Below are positions 8,865 to 19,157 of a DNA stretch of 49,378 bases, in pieces (positions within the stretch are counted from its first letter, which is position 1; every line of letters starts with the position of its first letter). The DNA is taken from positions 1 through 49,378 of the forward strand of contig CATMOE010000024.1 of the NCBI GenBank assembly GCA_950072105.1, read 5' to 3'. The position numbers and the translations under genes were made by a program. This DNA comes from an uncultured Dehalococcoidia bacterium. GTDB taxonomy: Bacteria > Chloroflexota > Dehalococcoidia > Lucifugimonadales > UBA3495. A model generated the notes under the pieces. That model searched no databases. It had not been told where the DNA came from and saw nothing but the letters and a program-made list of their open reading frames with translations.

Positions 8865-10073
8865 ATGGTCGTAGAAAATCAGACAAGCCTGCCCGACGAG
8901 CGGGGCCGCTTTGGGGACTTTGGCGGGAAGTTCGTTCCGGAGACGTTGATGGCCGCCCTGGAAGAGCTGGAAACGGCCTACCGGGAGGTCAAAGAAGATC
9001 AGCAGTTCCAGGACCGGCTGGGGCATTTACTTCGTACCTACGCCGGCCGGCCAACTCCTCTGTATCACGCCGAAAACTTGAGCCGCCACTGCGGCGGCGC
9101 CCGTATATACCTGAAGCGGGAAGACTTGGCCCACACTGGTGCTCATAAGATCAACAACGCCCTGGGTCAGGCCCTCTTGGCACAGCACATGGGAAAACAG
9201 CGGATCATCGCAGAAACCGGCGCGGGGCAGCACGGAGTGGCTGCGGCCACCGCCTGCGCCATGCTGGGACTGGAATGTATCGTCTATATGGGAGAGGGAG
9301 ACATCCGGAGGCAGTCTCTGAACGTCTACCGGATGCGGCTGCTGGAGGCCGAGGTAATCTCCGTGGGGTCGGGCACCCAGACGTTGAAAGACGCCATAAA
9401 CGAGGCCATCCGAGACTGGGTCACCAACGTCGACACCACCCACTATCTTATCGGCAGCGTGGTCGGTCCTCATCCTTACCCCATGCTGGTTCGGGACTTT
9501 CAATTGGTGATAGGCCGCGAGGCGAGGAGCCAGGTGTTGGAAGCCGCCGGACACTTGCCGGACTACGTTGTGGCCTGTGTCGGAGGAGGCAGCAACGCCA
9601 TCGGGACCTTCCATCCCTTCGTCGGTGATGAGGGAGTAAAACTACGTGGAGTAGAGGCTGGCGGAGAAGGGATCGACAGCAAAAAGCACTCGGCTACCCT
9701 TACCGCCGGCCGGACCGGCGTGCTGCACGGCTCCATGTCCTACTTGCTCCAGGACGAGCATGGCCAAGTTAACGAGACCCACAGTATCTCCGCCGGATTG
9801 GACTATCCCGGAGTCGGACCGGAGCACAGCTACCTTAAAGATTCGGGCCGGGCCGAATATTCGGAGGTCACCGACTCCCAGGCCTTGGAGGGATTCCACC
9901 TCCTGTGCCGCACCGAGGGAATCATTCCGGCCCTGGAGTCTTCCCACGCTATCTACTACGCCAGCCAATTGGCCGGGGAACTTAGCCAAGACCACATCAT
10001 CCTGGTGTGTCTCAGCGGACGGGGCGACAAAGACATCGATATAGTGGCCAAAGCCAGTGGGATAGAGATATAA
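8865..10073 (+). CDS. trpB: Tryptophan synthase beta chain
   Basis: [16 protein letters not shown] (PLP Lys), [34 protein letters not shown]. Confidence 0.97.
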   Translation: MVVENQTSLPDERGRFGDFGGKFVPETLMAALEELETAYREVKEDQQFQDRLGHLLRTYAGRPTPLYHAENLSRHCGGARIYLKREDLAHTGAHKINNALGQALLAQHMGKQRIIAETGAGQHGVAAATACAMLGLECIVYMGEGDIRRQSLNVYRMRLLEAEVISVGSGTQTLKDAINEAIRDWVTNVDTTHYLIGSVVGPHPYPMLVRDFQLVIGREARSQVLEAAGHLPDYVVACVGGGSNAIGTFHPFVGDEGVKLRGVEAGGEGIDSKKHSATLTAGRTGVLHGSMSYLLQDEHGQVNETHSISAGLDYPGVGPEHSYLKDSGRAEYSEVTDSQALEGFHLLCRTEGIIPALESSHAIYYASQLAGELSQDHIILVCLSGRGDKDIDIVAKASGIEI

Positions 10074-10086
10074 AAAGAACCCACGG

Positions 10087-10115
10087 TTGGACGGGACGGG
10101 GCATATTGTTATAAT
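10087..10115 (+). promoter_or_regulatory. Sigma70-type promoter for the SDR gene
   Basis: TTGGAC-17 nt-TATAAT with an extended TGn. Confidence 0.6.
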
Positions 10116-10157
10116 GTGCCCCGCTCAACTTGATTCGTCACATAAGGAGTTTGGATC

Positions 10158-10955
10158 ATGGATATGGGATTGCAGGATAAAGTCGCCATCATCACCGGCG
10201 GCAGCTACGGCATCGGCAAGGCGGCGGCCTTGAGCATGGCTAGAGAAGGGGCCCGAGTGATTCTGGTAGCCCGGCGGGCGGACGTGCTGGATGAAGCCTG
10301 CCAGGACATCAAGACCGCCACCGAAGGCATCGCGATTCCGGTGGTGGGAGACGTGAGCGACCACGAAATCGCCGATCGGGTAGTGAAGACCGCCCTCGAC
10401 AATTTCGGGCGGGTAGACATTCTGGTGAACAATGCCGGAGCTTCCATGGCCAAGTCATTCGAAGAAGTTACCGATGACGAGTGGGAATTCGACTTCGATC
10501 TGAAGGTTTGGGGAGCGGTCCGATTCATCCGTTCGGTGGTCCCCGAGATGCGCAAAGTGGGCGGGGGCCGTATCATCAACGTCACCAACCTGGGCGGCCG
10601 GACTCCCGGCGCGGCGTCCATGCCCACTTCCATCTCCCGAGCGGCGGGCCAAGCGATCACCAAGGGACTTTCGCGGGACTTGGCCAAGGACAATATCCTG
10701 GTAACGACCGTGTGCATCGGCCTGATCAAGAGCGGCCAGGCGGAAAGACGGTTGGACCGAATGCAGACGGCTAACGCCAACGCGACCATCGAGGAAGTTT
10801 GGGCCGAATCGGTACGCGGCCGGGGAGTCCCTCTGGGCCGGATGGGCGAAGCCGAGGAAGCGGGCGACGTTATAACCTTCTTAGCCTCGGACCGGGCCAG
10901 CTATCTAACAGGCATCGCGGTTAACATCGACGGCGGAAATTCGGCCGTCCTTTAG
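10158..10955 (+). CDS. Short-chain dehydrogenase/reductase (atypical, lacks YxxxK)
   Basis: TGGSYGIG, DILVNNAG, ASYLTG...IDGG; the catalytic segment reads TSISR. Confidence 0.88.
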   Translation: MDMGLQDKVAIITGGSYGIGKAAALSMAREGARVILVARRADVLDEACQDIKTATEGIAIPVVGDVSDHEIADRVVKTALDNFGRVDILVNNAGASMAKSFEEVTDDEWEFDFDLKVWGAVRFIRSVVPEMRKVGGGRIINVTNLGGRTPGAASMPTSISRAAGQAITKGLSRDLAKDNILVTTVCIGLIKSGQAERRLDRMQTANANATIEEVWAESVRGRGVPLGRMGEAEEAGDVITFLASDRASYLTGIAVNIDGGNSAVL

Positions 10956-11169
10956 GGTTGTCACCCCCGAAAACGGGCGATGCACCCAAATACGATGCCC
11001 CAAAGCTCAGGAGCCCAAAACAGCGCCGGATCAACACGGCAGTTTGTCTCTAGACTCGCCCTAAAACGCGACACACCGGAGTGACAAACGAACAGTGGTG
11101 GACTAAGCTGTATCAAGGAATCAGTCAAAAGCGCGACTGATTCCATATCCCAATAGGCGGAGAAACGGT

Positions 11170-12369
11170 GTGAATAGGTCTTATCTAAACGAATTACAGC
11201 CATCCCCCAGACTCTTACTGGGTCCCGGCCCCAGCAGCGTCCACCCCCGGGTGCTCCACGCCATGACCCTTCCCGTCGTGGGCCACTTGGACCCGGAGTT
11301 CTTCCAGGTGATGGACGAAGTTGGGGACATGCTCCGGGAGGTCTTTCACACCGAGAATTTCATGACCCTGCCCCTGTCATCCACCGGCACCGGCGCCATG
11401 GAAGCCGCCTGCGCCAACGTCCTGGAGCGCGGGGACACCATGGTCGTCTGCCGCAACGGTTTCTTCGGAGACAGGCTGGCCGATATCGCGGCGCGTTGCG
11501 GGGCCGAAGTTCACATAGTGGACTCGCCCTGGGGCAAGCCCGCGGACCTGGACACTCTGGCGGCCGAACTGGACAAACACCCCAACGTCAAGGCAGTGGG
11601 TATGGTCCACGCGGAAACTTCCACCGGCGTGTTGACTCCCCTGCAAGAGATGGTTGATCTGGTCCACCGCAAGGGGGCACTGATAATCGTGGACGTGGTT
11701 ACCTCCCTAGGTGGCCATGACGTACGGATGGACGATTGGGACATCGACGTGGCCTACGGCGCCAGCCAGAAATGCTTGGGCGCTCCTCCGGGATTGGCCC
11801 CCATCAGCTTTGGACCACGGGCCATGGAGGTTATCAACTCCCGCAAGTCCCAAGTGCAGAGCTTTTACTTCAACGTGAAGGACTTGGAAACCTATTGGTC
11901 CCAGACTCGCGCCTATCACCACACGTCACCCATATCCATGACCTACGCATTGCGGGAAGCCCTCAGGATGTTGATGGAGGAAGGGTTGGAGCCCCGCATC
12001 AAGCGCCACGCCCGGGTAGCCTCGGCCCTCAGGGCAGGTCTAGAAGCGATGGGCATCGCTTTGCTGGCCGACCCGGAGTACCGCCTCAATCCTTTAACCA
12101 CCGCAGTGGTGCCTGAAGGAGTAGATGACGCCGCTGTTCGGCGCACCTTGCTGAACGATTACAACATCGAGATCGGCGGCGGGCTGGGGGACCTTCGCGG
12201 AAAGGCTTGGCGCATCGGCCTGATGGGTGATGGAGCCAGGGAAACTAACGTGTTCTCTCTTTTGTCGGCCCTGGAAATGACTCTTTCAGGACTGGGCTAT
12301 GAAGTGGCTCACGGCGCCAGCCTGTCCGCCGCCCAGCGAGACCTGGCGTCATTCGACAGTTCAACCTAA
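11170..12369 (+). CDS. Alanine/serine-glyoxylate aminotransferase (class V PLP)
   Basis: LLGPGPS, HAETSTG, DVVTSLGG, SQKCLGAPPG, YHHT, WRIGLMG. Confidence 0.9.
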   Translation: MNRSYLNELQPSPRLLLGPGPSSVHPRVLHAMTLPVVGHLDPEFFQVMDEVGDMLREVFHTENFMTLPLSSTGTGAMEAACANVLERGDTMVVCRNGFFGDRLADIAARCGAEVHIVDSPWGKPADLDTLAAELDKHPNVKAVGMVHAETSTGVLTPLQEMVDLVHRKGALIIVDVVTSLGGHDVRMDDWDIDVAYGASQKCLGAPPGLAPISFGPRAMEVINSRKSQVQSFYFNVKDLETYWSQTRAYHHTSPISMTYALREALRMLMEEGLEPRIKRHARVASALRAGLEAMGIALLADPEYRLNPLTTAVVPEGVDDAAVRRTLLNDYNIEIGGGLGDLRGKAWRIGLMGDGARETNVFSLLSALEMTLSGLGYEVAHGASLSAAQRDLASFDSST

Positions 12370-13736
12370 GAGCGCTCCGGCGACGGCTCCTCTCGATAGG
12401 CTTCGTCCAGAATATCCACCACGTGGATCACCCTAGCCGGCGTTCCCATCTGACGAAGCCCCTGCTCGATCTGCACCATGCAGCCAGGATTGGCAGTGAT
12501 CACTTGGCTGGCGCCGGTGGCGGCGATATGGCCCATCTTAGTCCCGAGGATCTTGGCCGACAATTCAGGCTGCGCCGCCGAATATATCCCCGCCCCACCG
12601 CAGCACTTTGAAGACTCCTCCATCTCCACCAACTCCAAACCAGGGATGGCATTTAGAATGGCGCGGGGTTGAGATGAGATACGCTGGGCGTGAACCAAGT
12701 GACAAGGGTCCTGGTAAGTAACTTTCCGGTTCAACTGCGCCTTCGGCGGATCAAATGGAAGATCGACCAGCACTTCGGTGACGTCCTGCGTCAGCTCTGC
12801 GAAGCGTCGCGCCGGCTCGGCGTAGCGCGGGTCGTCCGCCAATAGGTCCTGGTACTCCTTCATGTTGGACCCGCAACCGGCCGAAGACGTAACGATCAGG
12901 TCCACCCCGGCAGCCAGGAAGACGTCAATGTTTATTCGGGCCATCCGGCGCGCCATCTTCAGATCACCGCTGTGAAGGTTAAGGGCCCCGCAGCAGCCCT
13001 GTCCCATGGGCACGACCACGTCGCAGCCATTCCTCGTAAGGACTCGCACCGTGGCCGCCATCGTGCTGCCCTGCATCAGGGGCATAACGCAGCCTGAAAG
13101 AAGTCCTACGGTCAGTTTCTTTGGCGAGGTTGCCGGATATACGGTTTTGCTCGGCCCGAAAAACGGTCCGTTGAACGTGGGGATCTGAGCCTCCAGATGG
13201 CTCAATGGTCCCGGCAATAATCGCAGGATCCGGCTTTTGCGTATCAGGTTCTGAATACCCATCCGCTGGTAAGCCCGTATGAAATGAGCCCCCAGACGGA
13301 GCCGTTTTGGACTGGGCAGCGCCGCTCTGAGGAACAAGCGGCTGATCCATCTCAACCGGGCCGACTGTTGCTTTTGAGAAAGGACCTGAGCCCGAGTCAT
13401 CTCCATGATCCGGCCGTAAGGCACACCAGACGGGCAAACGGCTTCGCAGGCACGGCACTGAAGGCATTGATCCCAGTGAGACACCACCAGAGAGTTGATG
13501 CCAACCCGGCCTTCGTTCACCGCTTTCATCAATGCGATGCGGCCCCGGGGCGACTCGGTTTCCAGGGACGTCTCGGAGTACGTCGGGCAGGCGCTGAGGC
13601 ACAGCCCGCAGTGTACGCAACGGTACATGTCGGCTTCGGCAGGCATATCCTCACCGCTGAATCCACCTCGTGACATCGCGGGAGCCTCCAGGGGCCCGGG
13701 CTGGCCGGCCGGCAGTGAGGCTTCTGGATCAGCCAC
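12366..13736 (-). CDS. glcF: Glycolate oxidase Fe-S subunit
   Basis: CVHCGLCLSACP and CLQCRACEAVCP ferredoxin motifs, two CCG domains, ANPGC. Confidence 0.88.
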   Translation of the reverse strand: MADPEASLPAGQPGPLEAPAMSRGGFSGEDMPAEADMYRCVHCGLCLSACPTYSETSLETESPRGRIALMKAVNEGRVGINSLVVSHWDQCLQCRACEAVCPSGVPYGRIMEMTRAQVLSQKQQSARLRWISRLFLRAALPSPKRLRLGAHFIRAYQRMGIQNLIRKSRILRLLPGPLSHLEAQIPTFNGPFFGPSKTVYPATSPKKLTVGLLSGCVMPLMQGSTMAATVRVLTRNGCDVVVPMGQGCCGALNLHSGDLKMARRMARINIDVFLAAGVDLIVTSSAGCGSNMKEYQDLLADDPRYAEPARRFAELTQDVTEVLVDLPFDPPKAQLNRKVTYQDPCHLVHAQRISSQPRAILNAIPGLELVEMEESSKCCGGAGIYSAAQPELSAKILGTKMGHIAATGASQVITANPGCMVQIEQGLRQMGTPARVIHVVDILDEAYREEPSPERS

Positions 13737-15220
13737 TACATGCCTCCCACAAACCGGCCGGGGTTCAAGATGCCCGCCGGGTCGAATTTTTGCTTTATTT
13801 TCCGCATTATTTCAAGCCCAATAGGGGGATCGCCCCACACTTCAACTTGCCGTTTCAGTGCCGGCGGGGCATGCTCCACTACCACCGATCCGCCCAATTC
13901 ACGACCCAGCGCTTGTACCCGGCCGACGACGTCGATGAGATGGGGCTCATCGAACCGTCCCAGCCAGCCTTCCTCGGAAGAGAGGGCAACGGCGCTCCCC
14001 TGACCGGAATGGAGCGCTCCCGACCACCAGTGGAACCGGACCAGACCGAATCCGGGGTCCGCAACGATCTCGGGCGGCGAGTCCGACGGACCTTGGGGGA
14101 TCTGGGCGTGTCTACCTCCACCGGACAGTTCTTCATTTGAAGGCTGGTCGAACCAACCGGCTACTTGTCCCACCATCGAAGGCGAAACGTTAACTTTAAT
14201 GCTCAGAAAGGGCGGATCTTCGCTGTTCCAGCCCACGTCGGTGAGCTGCCGTAACAGCCCGGAACCTTGTGGGCCGCTTATTTCCTCTACTCGCGCCGCT
14301 CCCTGGCCCTGGATCAATCGGGAAGCCTCGCTGAGCTTCCGCCGCACCGCCCTCACGCGCCCCGAGAAAAATGCCAGCATGACCGCTTCTTGGGAAGCTT
14401 CGCCGGTGGCCAAATCGGACCCTAGCTCACCCCCTGCCATGGAAAGAGAAAGACGCTGGGACATGGACGAGTTGACGACTTGCAACCCGTGGGGCGCGTA
14501 GACCTGCCGCAACAACTGGGACCCGGCATCGATGGCAGACTCCATGGATGGGAAAACAGCCACCAGAGCATTGGAATCCACAGGCAGCGGTATCAACTTG
14601 AAAGTAGCTTCCAATATGATTCCCAGCGTGCCCATGGAGCCGGTGTACAGTTTGCCTAGGTCGTAGCCGGTGACGTTCTTCACCACCTTGCCGCCCGCCT
14701 TTGTTTCCACACCTCGGGCGTTGACTACTCCGATGCCTATGAGCCAGTCCCGGGGTAACCCGTAGCCGAACCGCAGGGGGCCGCTGGCGTTGGAAGCCAA
14801 TATGCCGCCGACAGTGGCCTTGGCCGGCATCGGCGCTTCGATGGCCAGGAACTTGCCTCCTTTAGCCAACTCCCGTTGCAGGGAATCCAGACTGATTCCA
14901 GCCTCCACGGTGGCAGTAAGGTCGGCGGGCTGATAGTCGATCACCCGATCGTACCGGCTCAGGTCTAGGATCAGGTCCACCCGTTCGGGCAACCCTCCCA
15001 GACAGACCTGGGTGCCACCGCCCCAGGGGAAAACAGCTACGCCTTCCGATGCGGCCCACCGGATGACCTCAACGATCTCCTGCCGCTGTTGTGGCCGAAC
15101 AACAGCTCTGGGCGTCACTCCGTCGATGGAGTAGCCTGCCAAGCTCTCCTCCGGCAGCACAGAGCTGCTATCCACGAGATCAGTGAGTTGTTGGTTAATA
15201 GTGGGCACCGGCACGATCAC
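13736..15220 (-). CDS. glcE: Glycolate oxidase FAD-binding subunit
   Basis: GGKVVKNVTGYDL, GSMGTLG, FDPAGILNPGRF. Confidence 0.85.
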   Translation of the reverse strand: MIVPVPTINQQLTDLVDSSSVLPEESLAGYSIDGVTPRAVVRPQQRQEIVEVIRWAASEGVAVFPWGGGTQVCLGGLPERVDLILDLSRYDRVIDYQPADLTATVEAGISLDSLQRELAKGGKFLAIEAPMPAKATVGGILASNASGPLRFGYGLPRDWLIGIGVVNARGVETKAGGKVVKNVTGYDLGKLYTGSMGTLGIILEATFKLIPLPVDSNALVAVFPSMESAIDAGSQLLRQVYAPHGLQVVNSSMSQRLSLSMAGGELGSDLATGEASQEAVMLAFFSGRVRAVRRKLSEASRLIQGQGAARVEEISGPQGSGLLRQLTDVGWNSEDPPFLSIKVNVSPSMVGQVAGWFDQPSNEELSGGGRHAQIPQGPSDSPPEIVADPGFGLVRFHWWSGALHSGQGSAVALSSEEGWLGRFDEPHLIDVVGRVQALGRELGGSVVVEHAPPALKRQVEVWGDPPIGLEIMRKIKQKFDPAGILNPGRFVGGM

Positions 15221-15942
15221 CCAGCCTTAAGATACTCGTCCAGCTTATCAGGAAAGTTCACGGTCATGCCGTCGGCTCCAGCGTCCACGACCTGCCGCAT
15301 CAAGTCAGTCGTGGTGACTCGCCACGCCCGAACTACGAACCCCTTCTGGTGCAGATCGTTTACCAGCTCGGCCGTTACTTCGGAGGCCGGCGGACACAGT
15401 TGCACCAGCTTCAAATCTTGGGCCTGGGTTATCACCGATTCGTTGATCTCCGGCACCAGCCAGCCCGAGTACAGTTCCGGAGCGTAGGTCCGTACTTCCT
15501 CCAGGGGAGTCAAGTCGAAGGAAGTGATGGTGGTGACACGGCCAAGACTGAAGCCCCTGACCAGATCGGCGGTCCGGTGGGCCAGACCCGGAGACCGGCC
15601 TTTGATCTCAATATGGAAGTGAAGCCAACCCTTGTACCGCTCTAACAGATGAGCCAGGGTGGGAATAGGCTCGCCTTTGAACTCCTCCGAGAACCATCCA
15701 CCGGCATCCAAGGGCCGCAGCTGGTCCAGAGTCTGATTCACCACGGGACCCGAGCCGCTGGTGGTGCGGTCCAGGGTGTCGTCATGGATAACGACGACGT
15801 GGCCGTCTGCGGAGAAATGCACGTCGAACTCTACGTTGTCCACACCCAGCGCCAATGCCTTGTCGAAGGCGGCAAAGGTGTTTTCCGGAGTGTAGGCCGA
15901 CGCTCCCCGATGAGCAATATTGATAAAATCGCGAGGCGGCAC
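15217..15942 (-). CDS. Glycerophosphodiester phosphodiesterase
   Basis: IAHRGAS..PENT, EFDV, HDDTLDRTT, IEIK. Confidence 0.92.
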   Translation of the reverse strand: MPPRDFINIAHRGASAYTPENTFAAFDKALALGVDNVEFDVHFSADGHVVVIHDDTLDRTTSGSGPVVNQTLDQLRPLDAGGWFSEEFKGEPIPTLAHLLERYKGWLHFHIEIKGRSPGLAHRTADLVRGFSLGRVTTITSFDLTPLEEVRTYAPELYSGWLVPEINESVITQAQDLKLVQLCPPASEVTAELVNDLHQKGFVVRAWRVTTTDLMRQVVDAGADGMTVNFPDKLDEYLKAG

Positions 15943-15953
15943 TATCGGCTCTA

Positions 15954-17393
15954 CTAGATGGACAAGCCCGGCTCCGGGCGTCGGGCCGGCGGTAGGTAGT
16001 GGATGCCATCGGGGAAAATCTTACCAGGATTAAGGCGGTTCTCCGGGGCGAACGCCTCCCGCACCAGGCGCATCGCCGCCATGTCGTCCTCAGTGAACAC
16101 CAGGTGCATCAATTCCTTCTTCTCCAAGCCCACTCCATGCTCACCAGTAAGGGTACCGCCGGCATCGACGCAGACTTTCATCACCTCGGCACCGGCAGCG
16201 ACGATCGCGGCCATGGCGCCTGGCTTGCGCTCGTCAAAGAGCAGACATGGATGCAGATTGCCGTCCCCGGCGTGGAAAACGTTGGCGATGGGTATGCCGT
16301 GTTCTTGACTGATCTCGGCCACCCGGCGCAATACCTGGGTCAACTGGGTGCGTGGCACCACGCCATCCACCAAATAGTAGTTGGGCGCCAAACTGCCCAA
16401 AGCGCCCAAGGCGCCCTTGCGGCCCACCCATAGAATGTCCCGGTCTTCGGCTTTCTCAGCGGTTCGCACCTGGGTGGGGCCCGACTCCCAGAGAGCGGCC
16501 TCCACCTCTTCCCCTATCTCGTCCACTTCCTCTTGTAGGCCTTCCAATTCAATCAGGAGCACCGCTCCGGCGTCGTCAGGGTAACCGGCATCCATAACGT
16601 TTTGCACCGCGCGGATGCTGAGAGCGTCGATCATCTCCAAGGCCGCCGGAACAATGCCATGGCCGATGACGGCGGAGACTGCGGTGCAAGCCGAATCTAC
16701 ATCAGGGAAGATTCCCAGGAAAGTCTTGACCGCCTCAGGTTGGGGCAAAAGCCGCACAGTGATCTTGGTAGCCACGCCGAATGTTCCCTCGGAACCGGTG
16801 AACACGCCTCGAAGGTCGTAGCCCGGCGTTTCCCGGGCCATGCTGCCCAGATACACTATCTCGCCGTCCTCCAGAACCACCTCCATTCCCAGAACGTGAT
16901 TAGTGGTGGTGCCGTAGGCCAGGCAGTGGGGCCCTCCGGCGTTCTCGGCGATATTGCCGCCCAGGCTGCAAGCTTTCTGGCTAGATGGGTCCGGAGCGTA
17001 GCGTAGACCGAATCGGTGCGCGTAGACATCCAGGTCCAGGTTGATCACTCCCGGTTCCACCGTAGCCGTCCGGTTTTCGGTGTCCACGTCTAGGATATGG
17101 TGCATCCTGGTGAAGGCGATCTGGACGCCTCCGGGGGAAGAGATGGCGCCTCCGCTTAGTCCGGTACCCGCACCTCGGCCTACGACGCTCAGCGATTCTC
17201 CGTAGGCCAACGCCATGACCTGGCTGACCTCTTCAACAGATATGGGAAACACCACCGCGCCCGGCATACCCCGGTCCACCGACCCGTCGTACTCGAAGAC
17301 AAGCAAATCTTCCGGGTAATGGATGACGTTTTCCGCCCCAACAACGGCTTTGGCCTGGTCTAAAAAGCGGCTCATCGGACCGGGAGGAAGCAC
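15954..17393 (-). CDS. glcD: Glycolate oxidase FAD-linked subunit
   Basis: GAGTGLSGG, PDPSSQ, GGNIAENAGG, HAGDGNLHP, GEHGVG. Confidence 0.9.
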   Translation of the reverse strand: MLPPGPMSRFLDQAKAVVGAENVIHYPEDLLVFEYDGSVDRGMPGAVVFPISVEEVSQVMALAYGESLSVVGRGAGTGLSGGAISSPGGVQIAFTRMHHILDVDTENRTATVEPGVINLDLDVYAHRFGLRYAPDPSSQKACSLGGNIAENAGGPHCLAYGTTTNHVLGMEVVLEDGEIVYLGSMARETPGYDLRGVFTGSEGTFGVATKITVRLLPQPEAVKTFLGIFPDVDSACTAVSAVIGHGIVPAALEMIDALSIRAVQNVMDAGYPDDAGAVLLIELEGLQEEVDEIGEEVEAALWESGPTQVRTAEKAEDRDILWVGRKGALGALGSLAPNYYLVDGVVPRTQLTQVLRRVAEISQEHGIPIANVFHAGDGNLHPCLLFDERKPGAMAAIVAAGAEVMKVCVDAGGTLTGEHGVGLEKKELMHLVFTEDDMAAMRLVREAFAPENRLNPGKIFPDGIHYLPPARRPEPGLSI

Positions 17394-17668
17394 CTTTATC
17401 TCCTCAGATCAGCTCGTTCGGCAGCCCCGTTGGCGACTCGATTCGATGATAGACCAGCGAGAGGCACCTTGGCAAGAAATGCGACTCTTAAGCCAAGCAC
17501 GCCTTGGGTCTTAGGTCGTCTCGGGATGTCGACCCAGACTTCACAGATCCCGACGAATGGGACGAAGTGCGGCCAACTGACCGAGGGTGTAAAATCGGAG
17601 TGGCAGATTTACTTGGGCTCGACCGGGCCGCTCTTAGAACCCCTTCGAATCATAGGGCAGGGAATATT

Positions 17669-17902
17669 ATGCAACGGAAATTTTCTATCAGTCAGAAAGT
17701 GCGCATCAAGACCAGCGAGGGTACTTATAGGGAGCCGCCTAACGACGCGAAGGGCGTCGAAGGAACCATCGCGGAGCAACACATCGCCGATTGGCTGGAA
17801 GCTAGCGAAATCGTGCCGATGGAGCCTTTTAGGTCATACTACGTAGAGATCTCCGAAACCCACACCGTTCTCGTGGGTGAGGATTGGCTCGAGCCCGCAT
17901 AA
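17669..17902 (+). CDS. Small hypothetical protein, SH3-like beta-barrel
   Basis: KFSISQKVRI...GVEGTI...YYVEI...EDWLEPA; start at ATG 17669 is inferred. Confidence 0.5.
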   Translation: MQRKFSISQKVRIKTSEGTYREPPNDAKGVEGTIAEQHIADWLEASEIVPMEPFRSYYVEISETHTVLVGEDWLEPA

Positions 17903-18006
17903 GCAAGCCAGCGGTTCGCCCCGATCCCATCGGGGTAACCACGAACGCGATTAAAACGCCGGGTTACGCCAGCCAATCTTCTACCTGAAATGCTAGGAGG
18001 ATCCCT

Positions 18007-19107
18007 TTGGACTTTCAAATCGCTGTACTGGCCGGTGATGGTATCGGACCGGAGGTCACCGCTCAAGGAGCCAATGTCCTCGAGACCGTAGGCCGGGTAT
18101 TCGGCCATAATTTCCGTTTGGAGTATGGCGACGTTGGCGGGATTTCCATCGACAACCACGGCACGCCCCTGCTGCCGGAAGTCAGTGACCTGGCGGCGTC
18201 GGCCGACGCCGTATTGTTCGGCGCGGTGGGCGGTCCCAAATGGGACGACCCCAGCGCCTCGGTACGCCCGGAAGACGGCCTTCTGGAGCTCCGCACCCGC
18301 CTCGGTGTGTTCGCTAACATCCGTCCGGTTAAAGTCTACCCATGGCTGCTGGACGCCAGCTCACTGAAACCTTCGGTTATCGAAGGTGTGGACCTCGTGG
18401 TAGTGCGGGAATTGACCGGCGGCCTCTATTATGCCCAGCCCAAAGGCCGCCACGAGACAGACCAGGGTTGGACGGCCGTAGACACCATGCGTTACAGCGA
18501 AGGGGAGCTGGAACGTATCCTGAGGGTAGGGTTTGAGCTGGCCCAAGGCCGCCGGCACAAACTGACCTCCGTGGATAAGGCCAACGTATTGGAATGCTCC
18601 CGGCTGTGGCGCCAGACGGCGAACCGGCTGGCCCCGGAATACCCCGACGTTGAACTGGAACATGCCCTGGTGGACTCCTGCACCATGCACTTGATCCAAC
18701 GCCCGGTGGAGTTCGATGTTATCGTGGCCGAGAATACCTTCGGCGACATATTGAGCGACGAGACATCGGTGCTGGCCGGCTCCATGGGCCTGCTGCCCTC
18801 GGCCAGCCTGTCGGGAGTGCCTATGCCAGGCCGGCGTACCAGCGGGTTTTACGAGCCGATCCACGGTACGGCTCCGGACATTGCCGGCCGGGACATCGCC
18901 AACCCCATCGGCTCCATTCTCAGCGTTGCCCTGTTGCTACGTTACTCCCTGGGACTCACCGAAGAGGCCGTGGGAGTAGAAAAAGCGGTGGACGATGTAC
19001 TGTCGGCCGGTCACCGCACGGTAGATATTTCCAACGCCGGGGCTTCTTCCGTGGGAACGCAAGAGTTGGGGAAGCGCATCACAGACGCCCTGGAATCCTC
19101 CAGGTGA
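18007..19107 (+). CDS. leuB: 3-isopropylmalate dehydrogenase
   Basis: [53 protein letters not shown]. Confidence 0.96.
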   Translation: MDFQIAVLAGDGIGPEVTAQGANVLETVGRVFGHNFRLEYGDVGGISIDNHGTPLLPEVSDLAASADAVLFGAVGGPKWDDPSASVRPEDGLLELRTRLGVFANIRPVKVYPWLLDASSLKPSVIEGVDLVVVRELTGGLYYAQPKGRHETDQGWTAVDTMRYSEGELERILRVGFELAQGRRHKLTSVDKANVLECSRLWRQTANRLAPEYPDVELEHALVDSCTMHLIQRPVEFDVIVAENTFGDILSDETSVLAGSMGLLPSASLSGVPMPGRRTSGFYEPIHGTAPDIAGRDIANPIGSILSVALLLRYSLGLTEEAVGVEKAVDDVLSAGHRTVDISNAGASSVGTQELGKRITDALESSR

Positions 19108-19157
19108 CCGGGGTCATCTTTCTCACGGCAGCCACGATCCGGATGGGACGTACATAA

